Of a stretch of DNA of 42,115 nucleotides, positions 1 through 12,156 are shown one piece after another; within the stretch, counting starts at the first letter, position 1, and every line of letters begins with the position of its first letter. The stretch is taken from contig JAAPAO010000293.1 in the NCBI GenBank assembly GCA_013115145.1, positions 1 through 42,115 of the forward strand, read 5' to 3'. Below the pieces are notes generated by a model. It was given only the letters and a program-made list of their open reading frames with translations. It made no database searches and had not been told where the DNA came from. The stretch comes from Perkinsus chesapeaki ATCC PRA-425 (Eukaryota > Protista > Perkinsozoa). The position numbers were made by a program, and so were the translations under genes.

Positions 1-505
1 TGGACGGGCCTGATGGATGGGCTCGAGGTTGGATTAGGACGGGCAATGACATTCCCACACGGGTGAAACGCCAGCAAGGTGGCGGGGGCGTCATGATTTG
101 GGCTGGCATCGTTAGAGATAAAGTCATAGGCCCCGTTAGAGTCCCTGATGGTGTGAAGATGAACTCGAAAGCGTAGTGTATAAAATAGATGGATAGTAGA
201 CTACAAAAGGTTTTTGCTGCCAATGGCGGCTATATAAACATGTGATTCCATGTTGATATGAGTTCCTAGTCTCTTTTTGACTGATAACTGTCGCGTTACA
301 TATCGAATCTGGCACGGTCATTTTCTGCGCAAAACGGTTTCATGCCTGTAAAACTTGCGAAACGGTTGATCGATTCGTGTAAGGTAGATCATTTCATTTA
401 GTTGTTTTCTGGCTTTCATCTGTTGTTGTTTCATTGAAAAAGTCGTCCATCAGAACGAAATATGAGCAATAATGTTGCTTGCCTATCAAACTGATACATA
501 CAGTA
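1..505 (+). mobile_element. Tc1/mariner DNA transposon remnant: 3' part with internally deleted DDE transposase; runs off the window start
   Basis: Frame from nt 3 reads DGPDGWARGW...RQQGGGGVMIWAGIV...IGPVRVPDGVKMNSKA*CIK*MDSRLQKVFAANGGYINM* (stop 243-245). These are Tc1-family motifs, with stops and most of the catalytic core missing. Right end (~505, ...TACAG-TA) is tentative. Confidence 0.8.
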
Positions 506-799
506 CTACTTACATTACTAATAATATTAACTTAATTAATCACACTCACAGTAGAGTGATACTTGTAATAGGATAAGTATCAGATATAACAGTGCATTAA
601 ATAATAATAATCGATACGTTATAAGCCTTGCACTGGCCAACATACGCTACTCAAGTCCATCAGACTCAACCTATCAATTCCTCCTACCAACATGATTACA
701 CTGAGCAATCGACTTAACAGCAAGGTTCGCTCTCTCTACCCTCGCGCCGATGAAACGAGACACAAGAAATAATTAAACATCGAAATCGATCCGCAAGAA

Positions 800-3700
800 C
801 TATCCACATGATAGTTTCGGAGTCGCATTAGGTAATTTAAAAGTTGAGTACCAATAGGAGCAGGAGGTAGTAGAGTAATGCGTACGGATGCGACTGTAAT
901 AAAAACCTCCTCCCACAGGATGCACTGCACTGGGGAGGCAGTCAGAGAGTTGAGTAGTGATAATAGTAGGATATTGTGCATCACTCCCCCACTACTGGCA
1001 AATGTAAAGAGGATATACTGTACACAGTCTGGTCAAAAATTGTCAGGTCAATCTGAACAAGTTATATGAACTATAAAATGTTTTCTCATGCTTGGGACTT
1101 ATCATTCACGAAAGTTTCATGTTCTTAGCCCCTGAATTGGTGAGATTATGAAGTTTTTTCATTTTGGACAATCAAAATCGAACACACTGTATGTTATTAT
1201 CTAGAATGCCCATTCATCAAGCCGCATTGCCGGTTGTTCCTAAATCCTCAGAAATGCCCGAATTACTGAGAAAATGTTGAGCAGTGCAAAGCGATAGTGA
1301 TGCATACGAATATCCTTACAGTTGTAATAAAAACCTAAAGTCGCCCGCACGATGCACCCAACACACCTCAGTTCCACCTCGTCCATCAAATTGCAATTTC
1401 CTCGGTGGCAATACTGGTGACGGCGAAACGAACACACCCTCCTTGACCGCGCTGCTTTCATCATGCCGTCTTCGCTTCTCCGAATGTTGCCGATTTTCTT
1501 CTTCACGTTTCTTTCTCTCTTCCAATTTCCTTCGGCTTTCCTCCTCAACTTTCCTCAACCTCTCCTCCTCCTTCAAGGCCGCTTCCTTCGCTTTTTCCTC
1601 CTCTTGCATCTTCAACGCGGCTTGAATCTTCATCTCCTCCAACCGCTGGTTCTCTTTATTCCGTTCGTCGATGACCTTCAATGAAATAGAAAGGTAAATT
1701 CTCGAATACTATTGCGCTTCTGAAAAACTGGCAGTTCTTTAACACTGTTGAGCATTTGCCTCCTTTGTATGCTCTCATTGACCACTCATCGCAATCACAG
1801 ATGAGTAGGTCATTTTATAATAATTCAAACTTTTCAGGAGGCGTTCCGAAAAACGGCCACAAAAGAATGAATCTCAACTCAGCCGACCAAATAGATACAG
1901 CAACCGAATCGGGCCCAACACAAGGTGTCGCGACACAGACGGAGAAAAAAAAATAATAAAAATTAAATACATTATAAATAATATAAAAATTATAAACTGA
2001 ACATATTATTATGAATAATAAAATTTATTGATAAGTAAAATGCAACAAGTCTATCGCGTTATAAAATATATCCGAAAATTCCACGAGTAGTAGCGTTCCC
2101 GCAGCCCGGCTGCTCACCTGTCTCGCCGACGCCAGCAGCCTTCCTGTTGCCTGTCTTATTTTATATGACAACCAAATCTTATTAGCGAATTGCTGCAAGG
2201 CGTGGAGGCGTCTGAGGAGGTCCATTTCGACGCTACAGGCGCGAGGAGATTCTACTTGGCCGATTTCACAAGCTTTGGCAGCCTTTGGCAAATAATAACC
2301 GCGTACACAGCGGACTTGAATCTTTGTCTTGCAACCCTTGCCAGGACTTCCATAATGATATTTTCGTCCACCTAAGTCAACCTATTTCGTATCTTGCACG
2401 GTTAACCTCAAGAAACCTTGGCCTCTCCACTGCCCTTCAGCTTTTCCAGGAACTCCAATTGCCGTGCGCGGAGGAATACCCGAGTCAGACCGACAGAGAA
2501 TTCAGTCGAAGGGATACCCAAACCGTGAAGAAGCGCGAGGATGAAGGATCGGCTGAAACAGCAAAAATCGATCTCGAGCAGTTTCAAATTAAATCGCCAA
2601 ACTACCACGATCTACAGTGTGCACCACTTTCATATTCAAACGCATGAAAATTCAATATCTTCCCGAAACGACCAAATTTTGAGCTGACCTTTTCAAAGAT
2701 TTACCATCCAATTGTACGTTAAACCTTGAAGGAAATATGCCAGAAAAGGCACCAATTTCCATTCCCAACGTAACCAATAACGAACAGCCCAAACCATATG
2801 GCGGCGGCAACCGCTTCAAGACAGGTAAGAAAATGCGCATTTGATTAACTTTTGCGAAGTGAATCTCAAAAACCAATTAACTATCCTTCTCCATGCGCTT
2901 GCTTGAAGCCCAGATTCTAAAGCAACCTCGCCGCGAATCAATTCCCTTACTCATCCATATCGTGAAATCTCTTCGGCATTATATGTCGGTAACGTGTAAC
3001 CAAATCCTTTATGGGCAATCTGTTAGGGTAGCCGTAATGCATCATATTAACCAGTTCAACTGTGCCACATTGGACCACTTGAGAGAGAACATATCGCTGA
3101 GAATACAAAGGAGTTCAGAAAGCTGCTGGATTTTATTTTTTAGCCAACATTGTATAAATATTATTTATATAATAAATGTAAACCCCGTTACAAAATAATA
3201 GAACGTCACATAATTTTCGAATATGTCCTTCAATTTCAGGAGTTTGTTGATGTTTCTTTGACAGTTAAGCCTCTAGACCGTATAAATCATGACAGATGTG
3301 CCAGCGATGTACTCCTCGCTCACCCGGTAAATTTCCGTGAAACTGCCGGAAATTGCGCGGCTACAAAATTATAGAACCTTTCGCATTTCTCGCGAATCCT
3401 TGCGCGCTAGAGGTTTGTAACACAGCAGCATCCTTACTATGTCGCATGTGAGGAGTACACAAATTGGAATAAATTAGTGCGGAACCAGCCTGCGCCTTAT
3501 TGTCCTGAATCGTCTTATCAGTAAGAAAATGGAGCTGTGCCGATACCGCTCGGCTTAGCTGACCATGAGGTTCACACTGCGATGAGATTTCAGTTATAAC
3601 TCGTTTCGGTTATGGAAAAATCTGTCAATATAATCAGCGCGTCTGAAATTAGCACGCAAACACACCCTAGCGCGGCCGACTAAGACTCGCTCGCCATCTT

Positions 3701-6700
3701 TTCGCTGAAATCCCAATAATGTGACTTATCTTCGACTTAATATTCGAAAATTATGTGACGTTCTATTATTTTGTAACGGGGTTTATTATATAAAGTTATT
3801 TATTAGTTCAGTACAATTTTATTTGCATTAAATTTCGGCAGAAATTCCGACAACGTCAATTCTGTTACTCAAATCTCTCATCAGCGCATTCACACAACTT
3901 CATCCAACTTTCGGAGTTCTATAATAAAAATGATACACAAACGTTGAATGCTATTTAGTAAATAACAAATGATAGCCGCCGGAAATAGGGGAAAAAGAAA
4001 AATTGTCAAAAGCAATACACCACAACAGTACTGGAAAATTGAAAACAATTATTTTCCAACAGAACGAAGAAAATCGAAAACATGTTGATCTGATTTCAAT
4101 TAATAAAATATCGCTATCAACACGTCATTTTACAACTGTACCTATTTTTCTGACCCTCGTGGACCTCTATGAAGAATAATAATACAGAAATCAAAATAGT
4201 AACTGCCTAAAATTTCTAAATTTCCCGGGAAAAATGGTAGTAAACAATAACGAAGCACTGCAAAATTCGAAGAAAATACATCCTATAATATTGCAAATAG
4301 TGTAATACACTTATGTACAAAGAATCATTGCATTCTTTGTAAAAGACCATAAGCGATAGTGCGCAGGACGACTCCCCCATCGCCGACTTACTCTGTCGAA
4401 GTGATTTGGAGTTTGATGGTTATTTGGGTTGAAGCAGCGAATGTAATGAAGGCCTGTTTGGTCAAGCATCTTCAACATCTTCTCCAACTCATCAGTGAAG
4501 TGCTTTCTCACCGACTTGAACTTCTCGCATTGCATTGAGCAACCCTGACAAATTTTCATGAAATTCAGGAAATTTTTCAGTGAAGATGTGACGAGATATT
4601 CCCAAAAAACCGGTGAGATAAAGATACTCGTCAGTTACTGAACGATCTCCAACGAAGAAAATCGATTCACTTGGAAAATTAAACATACATTTCTTGGTCG
4701 CAAACTAATTTTCAACTCTAGTGGTAAAAATAATATTTTTACCACTACTACTTTTACTTCATACTGCGAAATATTTTTTAAAATATCATTTAATTGACTC
4801 CAATATATTGAAACTTATCAATCTATTATCCCATAACAGTGTTATCATAACACTTCCCTTTCATGCATAATCTCACTCCAGAAAATCATTCCATCCAAAA
4901 CTACATTCAAAGCGGGATGATAAATTTCACCAACTTGCCCCTGAACCAATACTCTCGAAAATTGTCCTTACCAAGATTCGAACCCAGGACCTCTCTCACC
5001 TCAGCATCGCCCAACTCCTTAATCCATGGGTTTGTGCTTCCCAAAATAAGACTCTCCATTTCGGGGACCATTCGATCATTATTCTTGTCCATCCAACCGC
5101 TCACTGTGTAACTCACATCGCCTGGAAAAATTTTTGTTCGCACATTAATTTTGGTAATAAATTGTTGGAGAGTAGTCATTTAGATCCAAAATTTGAAGCT
5201 CAAAAATTTGCAATTTAGGAAAAAAAGAATCCAGGAAGCGATTCGAGACCGCAAGTTGAGTTGATATGGCAACACTGAGGAAACAGATTAAGTACTTTGG
5301 AGGAAAATTTCCGCAAAATTTCATTCAATAAATAATATGCTACCAACGCTTTCACACTTTCCACATCACTGTTACAAATAGATCAAAAATTTCGGAAAAA
5401 TTTTCCATTTTTCGTGAAAAAATTAGCAATTTTTCCTCACCAGCATAGTGGGTAATAACAAATCCACTTGTTATCTTTTCTCGGTCAATTTTCGCTCCTT
5501 TTCTAAATCCTCTATTCGGCGGCACACGCTGCGGTTTAGGAGGCTTCAATTTACACCCAGCACTTCCATCAAAGAACCTCTGTTGAACCTGCTCATTGAA
5601 AATGCCTCCACCGGGGATCGAACCAGGGACCTTTAGATCCCGAGCTTACCTCTGCAACGTATTTGTCATCATCTTCCGGCATCCCTCGAGAAGCTCTCAA
5701 ACAGCAGTCATCCAAAATGCTCAGCGCGCCACTAAAAGCACCATTATTTACTACCACTTTTTTGAGAGTCATCGCGAGAAAAACAAACTTTATAATAACT
5801 ATTAAAACGGCAAAAATTACTAAAATCACCAAAATTTTCCGACTTTTCCCAAAAATTTTCCACTTACTGTATAACTCTAACCGTAGGTGTTGCATCCGGT
5901 AATGGTACAGCTTCCCATTGTATTCCTTCAGCTTGATAAGCTTGTTGCTCCCTATCCAATACCTAACCACGCTCACCCGATTAGTCGGAACAAAGATCAT
6001 CATTTTTTATCCGCAATTAAGGCTGGAGATTGGCGCAATAGGAAAATCCCGCTCTTTGCAAAAATTTCGGTAATTTTTCCTGTGTAATTCTCCCCTCGCA
6101 CATTCGCGAATTTATACGAAATTTCCTCAATTTCACCCGAAATTTCTGCATTTTTTTTCGGAATATCCGTAATATTTTCCCGAAATTTCTGTAATTTTTA
6201 CCGAAATTTCCGTAAATTTTGCATGTAACCCTCACCTTCGACACAAAGAATTGTTGAAGTCGTTCATTGGTGAGATTGATAAGCAGCTGCTCGTACGAAT
6301 TCTTCTCCAAACTTTCGAATCCGTAAATATCCAAAACTAAAAATGGTGAACAAAAATCGCTTCGCTCCGCCGAAATCTTGCTTACTTCCAATGTGATTAT
6401 ATAATCTCTCCATGTCATTCGAGCCATCATTGTACCCCATCAGGGAATTCACTTTTTTCACGATCCTCTCGAAAAGTCTTTTGTAGATAATACGAATTAA
6501 CGTATTTAGAGATTGTGCCACCTGAAAAAAATCGAACAAAAGTTTACCGAAATTTTCCGTAAATTTCCTGAAATTTACCGAAATTTCGAAGCTTTGCTGA
6601 AATTCCCCTATTTCCACAAAATGTCAGAAACTTTATATCCGGAAAAAACTATTTTTTCCACAAAAACATATATTTGTTGTTGATATCCACCCTTACTTGT

Positions 6701-9700
6701 TCAGGCGTCCGAGCGACTTGATAGGAACTGGCCGCATTATTAAGCTTCATTCGACGGTATCTTAGGTTGACGCCAGTTTCGTGGCGAATAAGCGGAGCGA
6801 AGCTCTCTCACAGCAAAGTTTTGTTGAGCAACATCGTGTCCAATCCCAGAAGCGAGGCCGCATCATCCAACAAGAGAAACTCATTGGCGACCAAGTTAGA
6901 GGCTGAGGGAAGGAATCTTTAGGTTAACCGTGCATGATACACAATATGTTAACATAGCGACCATACTTGTATCCATTCCTCCTTGAGACGGTGGCTCAGG
7001 CTCTGCTTGACTCGCTTCTCCAAGTGTCCCTTCGACCGGACCTGTGAATCGACAAAGAATGAGAATGTGGGACTGACAACTCGATCAACAGCAAAGATAT
7101 TTTTGAGGTTAACTTGGCAACTTACGAGGAACAAAGATACTTAAAAGATTCCCCTCGACTTGCCTTCCCCAGCCTCATCCTTATCTTCCTCGAATTCAAC
7201 CTCTCCCAATAACAGCAAAGAAGCAACAATCGAAAAAATATCCCTGGAAAAAACGTCACTGCGCCACGAAATTATCAATGCTTCTTACTCCTGATCCTCC
7301 TCAGTTAGTCCCACAGCTTTCAAGGAGTCGCCTGAAAGGAGAAATTGCGGAAAATTCCGAGAAAATTTCAGGGAAGAAAGGACTCACTACGATTACTGTG
7401 TACGAAATTTTCAGGTAGAATCTTTTATCGATCGAAGTTTTGGTATTAAAGGAGTCCAATTACAGAATGATAAAGAACATCTCAAAAAGAAAGGTGAATT
7501 AATTATTGTATTTTGAACAGTTTTTATTGAACAATTTTCCGAAAATTTTCTGGAATATAAAAACTGGAAAAATTATATTCTCACCTAATTTTTGAAAGAA
7601 TATAATCAATAACAAATCTCGTAAGAACAAATTTAACTTACAAAGCTCCACAAATCTCGCCGCATCATTTGCTCTTTGCTCGTTACTAACAACCGACTCC
7701 CCTCCTTGATTGGTTAGAGAATAATCTCGACCTGCACGCAGATGAGCTCAAGCCAACCTAAAGATACTCACCATCATCACCACGCAGTTTCAACTTCTCC
7801 TGCTGGTCCTCGCTACAACCAGCTAGTAGTTGGTAAAATACATGATAATTTCTGATAATAGCATCGTCACTGCGCCACGAAATTGTCTCTTACCTTTCGC
7901 CAGCAGCATGACTCGTCACACGAGCGCTTTCGAGGAGGAATGGTTTCAAAGACGCGCAGACGAGTCGACCTCCTTTAGTGTACCATAATGACGAATATTT
8001 TCCGAACCTGATTATAAGGGAAATCTTGCCATCTTACTCCCACTTGCATTTCCTTAACGCCCTGCCTTACCTGCTGCTGTTATTGTTTCTCACTGTACGT
8101 GCGTTGCCGAATGCTTCCAAGATAGGATTTGCCTTCAGAACCTTCGGGGGAGAAATTGGGGAAAATCCGCCATGAGAATTTCGGAAAAAAATACGAATTA
8201 CTAAATTTTCTAAATTTCTTAATTTTTGAGAAAACTCTAGAGAACCCTGAATTAGAAGTCCTCCATTAGAATTTCATGGCGCGCAAGAATTCTCACTTTA
8301 TCATACAGCTCTCCCACAGTATGCTGTACTTGGCCCGTTATTGAATGCACCTGAGGAAAGGAACATTACATCTCAGAAAACAAGGAAAAATTTCCCATGC
8401 CAGACAATAGTACTACACGAGTTATATTGCTACTATACCTAGGTATCGAATCATCAGTTCAATCATACTCTTTAAAGTAATAAACCATTCCTTATAAATC
8501 TAACTGTTAAAGAATTTAATAATTATCAACCATTAATTGCCCACTGACTGTCGTGACTATTAGTTGAATATTATCTCTATGGATTACTCCGCTGTTACGT
8601 GATAAAGCATCATCTATCAGCATCATAAAAAAGTTGTTCTCGCAAATTTTTTAGTCCTAACTCGTTCTCGTTGGCACTTCACGCTCGAAAACGTAGGGTA
8701 ATAAAATATTTTGTAAAGGAGTTTATTTTTCTCGATCGATATATAAAAAATTATTTACTTCATTTATATTGAAAATGGCGGCCGGCTATTCGGCCGCTAA
8801 GACCCATCTACCATATGAAACGGGAAGGTGAGCTCGTATCACGAAGAGCACAACAGAGCGATTCAGGCAATACCAAATGGGCATCATAAAAATGCCTGAA
8901 ATAAAATATAAATTTGCATTTTTAGTGGAATTATATTTAATAATTAATTTCTGTCTAAGGAAAATTAATAATATCTTAATTTACTTTTTACACTTTCACT
9001 CACATGTGGCGTATCTTCTGCCCATCCACTTGTTTGTTTTTTTGCCAAATAAGACGCCACAATCTTCGCCGTTTCAGTCTTGCCAGCTCCAGATTCGCCG
9101 GATATCAATATGGCTTGAGACTGTTGAGTTGAAATCTGAACAAACCGAATAATATCCACAATTGCCGGCAGAATCACCTCATCACTACATTAAACTCTTT
9201 ATTTTCAAGAAGCTCAGTTTTCAGAAAATCTCACAAAATCACTCGCATTTCCAGGAAATTTGGAATTTTCCACGAAAATTCACCAAAATTTACCAGTTCC
9301 CCCCAAAAAAATTTCCACTTACAAAATTCCTATAGGCCGCCTCAGCAATCGCATAAGGATGCGGTGGCATCGTATGTGGCGGCTTTTTCCAGTACTCTGG
9401 CATCCTGTCCTCTCCTCCCAATAGCTTATATGGATTCACAGCCAACAGCACACTACTAACATATGTATACACCAAATCCTTGCCGTATCGGACTTCCATA
9501 TTGTGAAGAATATTGGCCTCATCGATATGAATTTGCATCGTTACGTCCGAGTGGCCCCCGGGAACTTCATCGACCGTTTTATCGTAAATCTTAATTTGAT
9601 TCAGTGGCACAATTTTTGTCCCTCCCACGGAAGACTTTCTGCTCCCTCCGATGCTCCTGTCCAGCCCCTCCGGGAACTCCACATTCGCTCCGCCTCGACC

Positions 9701-9799
9701 CGCCAACGAGGCGATCGTCGCCAAACGGTAACCGTGTTTCTTCCACGGCACCCAAACCATGTCACCAGATTGAAGCGAGGGGATCTCAGTCGAAGTCAT
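800..9799 (-). CDS. Multi-exon unconventional myosin heavy chain, class VI-like (alveolate MyoJ/MyoK-like), with IQ-like and coiled-coil tail
   Basis: ATG at 9799. Spliced exons give [15 protein letters not shown]-loop [83 protein letters not shown] and [15 protein letters not shown], then an E/K-rich coiled coil (1400-1680). The 3' end is uncertain (800-1316); 800 assumes two terminal exons with similar GFYY..IR.HY motifs. Confidence 0.93.
3181..3783. mobile_element. Non-autonomous TIR DNA transposon (~600 bp, TA target duplication, Tc1/mariner-type) inside myosin intron 3097-4391
   Basis: 3179-3224 (TAAACCCCGTTACAAAATAATAGAACGTCACATAATTTTCGAATAT) is the exact reverse complement of 3740-3785 (46 bp including the flanking TA). 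The interior has no intact ORF; a minus-strand RTIRRRL peptide resembles a Tc1 HTH remnant. Confidence 0.88.
4963..4999 (-). pseudogene. tRNA-Pro-like 3' half forming the 5' end of myosin intron 4545-4999
   Basis: Minus strand GTGAGAG-AGGTC-CTGGG-TTCGAAT-CTTGG-TAAGGAC-A-ATTTT resembles eukaryotic tRNA-Pro positions 37-73 (GTGCGAGAGGTCCCGGGTTCAAATC...). The intron is supported by the in-frame join ELGDAE|[12 protein letters not shown]. Confidence 0.6.
5603..5640 (-). pseudogene. tRNA-Phe-like 3' half filling most of the 61-nt myosin intron 5589-5649
   Basis: Minus strand GATCTAAAGGTCCCTGGTTCGATCCCCGGTGGAGGCA then TTTT. The first 26 nt match eukaryotic tRNA-Phe(GAA) from position 37 (GATCTAAAGGTCCCTGGTTCGATCCC). 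Splicing is needed to keep the frame (KYVAE|VQQRFF); the unspliced frame stops. Confidence 0.8.
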
Positions 9800-10279
9800 G
9801 ACAAGAATAACAGTTACAGGCTTGCACAACCGAATTGACAACTCGAACTCAATGCCACAAATCTTCGTAGTGCGAATTCTTTGAGGACTACACAGTGCTC
9901 GCCTACCTTAGCCCAGGTTCTAAGTTCGCTCATCGACGATAAATAATTCATACAGGGAGATGTAAAAACTGACCAAAATTTTCCGAAACTTAGCCAAAAA
10001 AATCCCCTTTTCGAACACATCTATGCCCAAAAATAGCTATTTCCGAGATCTATACACACTTCTCATTCACCAGTAACGCCTTTCATTCCAACAGACATTT
10101 TGGCTCATTGAGCGACTTCAGCAAACTTCCCGGCAGACTTGCTTAACCACAGAATGGAGCGAAGAGATTCACATAGAGCTTCGATTGGATAATCATATCT
10201 CACAAACAACTGTTATTCTCGAAAACTAACTCAACAGGTTCAAATACAGCTACAGTACATCACCAAAATAACATATTTT

Positions 10280-10693
10280 TCATCTGGCTTCTAGCAAGAG
10301 TACGACTTTCCCATCAGCATTGATCCAAAAGCCTTCCCCACTACGAACTCTGTGAACCTCCCCAAAATCACCCCCTCTAGAATGGCCACCGCACACATGG
10401 TCGTAGTTCAGCAGGAAGTCAAGGTATCTTTTATCGAGCTCCTTGTAAGCATCGACAACAAGGAGCTCGTCCCTTTCCATAGCGACGCCAAATTTGCCTT
10501 TAAACTTCTTATTTCCGCAGGATACTTCCACGACAACACTTCTGGCATCCGAGTTGAAATCATATCGAAGCTTTGCCTCAGAACGAGCCACCCGGCAGGT
10601 ATATATGTGATGAGGCACCACTGATACCAAACAGACGAGCAAGTCTGTCATGAAACAGCAGCAGAAACAAAAACGAAGGAGGGGCGAAAGCAT
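10280..10693 (-). CDS. Hypothetical protein, probably secreted (~137 aa, single exon)
   Basis: Open frame from ATG 10693 (MLSPLLRFCFCCCFMTDLLVCLVSVVP...) with a hydrophobic N-terminus and globular-looking remainder; no family recognised. Confidence 0.45.
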   Translation of the reverse strand: MLSPLLRFCFCCCFMTDLLVCLVSVVPHHIYTCRVARSEAKLRYDFNSDARSVVVEVSCGNKKFKGKFGVAMERDELLVVDAYKELDKRYLDFLLNYDHVCGGHSRGGDFGEVHRVRSGEGFWINADGKVVLLLEAR

Positions 10694-12156
10694 AGTAAAA
10701 TAAACCAAAATTAAACTTTAGCACTGGTAACTCAAAAAGTCACCCGCCTGAAAAATGAACAAGACAAGGTTCTTTGGGCGACACACCACGTGTGGTTGCG
10801 GCGGTGAGCTGTCGATTCGCTGGCATCCCCGTTCTAGGCCCAACTTAAACCGTATAAGCAGCAATCAGTCCTCATCGTTTCACGCGCCACAAAATACAAA
10901 CAAAATCTGCCTACTGCGAGACAATGGGCATCTTGCTGGTACTGTACTAGTAGTACAGTTTAACCCTCTCTCGGTCCTCAAGTTGCCCATCGAATCACCA
11001 CACAAACAAAATAGACAGGCGACAGTCGACCGAAATTTCATCACTAAATCAATAAAGCATTTAACCTACCTTTTACAATGCGAACCTATCCGTTTCGGAA
11101 GTTCCTTTTCCAGAAATAGCTTTTGAACTTTTGATGACGAATGAGTAAATGAAACTTGTTGGGACACAGCATGACGTTACGATCCACAATACCGCTTCGT
11201 CACGGCCCATTTCAGCTGCGCGCGCCAAGATATCAATAGATAGGCATGAAACGGTTGATCGATTTAGTGTCATGTTTTCGATTCTCGTTGTATTACTCAG
11301 TTCCAAATTTCGCTCGATTTCGAAAAAATACGAAATATTCCATTTCATTGCGTCCGAATGTATTTCATTATCAAAAAAGGAAGTATAAGAATTTTATATC
11401 AATATACTTCAGGGCCACCCGCGACGCCCGAAAATTGATTTCGCGAGTCTCACCAGAGCAAACACAACATCCCAGTGGAATTCAGTCTCCCTACACTCTA
11501 CCCCGATTCTCACCAAGAAACGTATTCCCGCACCGTAAGGAACAAGTCCAAGTAAATCCCTCATTTCATCTTCGACTGTGTGACCATCTCCTTCGTATAT
11601 AAGCTAATTGATACATATATGAGTATCAGCTCAATCAAATCTTCCTTGGACAATTTTTCCGACCGTACTGCAATACACTCATAGAGTTTTCAAAACTAAT
11701 AATTGATTTCCTCGATGAATCACTGCGTTCCTCCAAGTCTACAGTTCTTTCGTTCAACCCTCAAGTGTGACAAAGTTCAAATATCGAAATAATTCTTACG
11801 CAGTGGGAAACCGAGGGCTCTCGAACGTCACCCCGCCCACTTTTCGAGCCTTAAAGCGAATACGGAACGACGGCGAGGTGAAACATGACAGTCCAGAATT
11901 TCACCTATTTAGCGATTCCGAAATGATTATACACACTATAATTATTATAGTAATAATAATTAGTAATAGTACTTTACACAATACTGTCATACACTGTAAT
12001 GTACATATATTATGATATAGAAATAAATTACGCCACCCCACCGCTAACAAACCAAACACCGAAGCTATTCCCCGAAGCTGCATAGTGGAACCATTTATCG
12101 AAGAACAAAGATATTCTTCCGCGTGCGCAACATCAACAACAACATCAATAACGCAT

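Noticed and set aside
10096-10107. CATTTTGGCTCA, a 12-nt match to the dinoflagellate spliced leader
   Set aside because: Too short, flanks do not match, and it is on the strand opposite to the neighbouring genes.
10755-11900. Possible extra minus-strand genes (MKFRSTVACLFCLCG... near 11050; IYEGDGHTVEDEMRDLLG... near 11590)
   Set aside because: Only short open segments with no family signal and no consistent exon chain.
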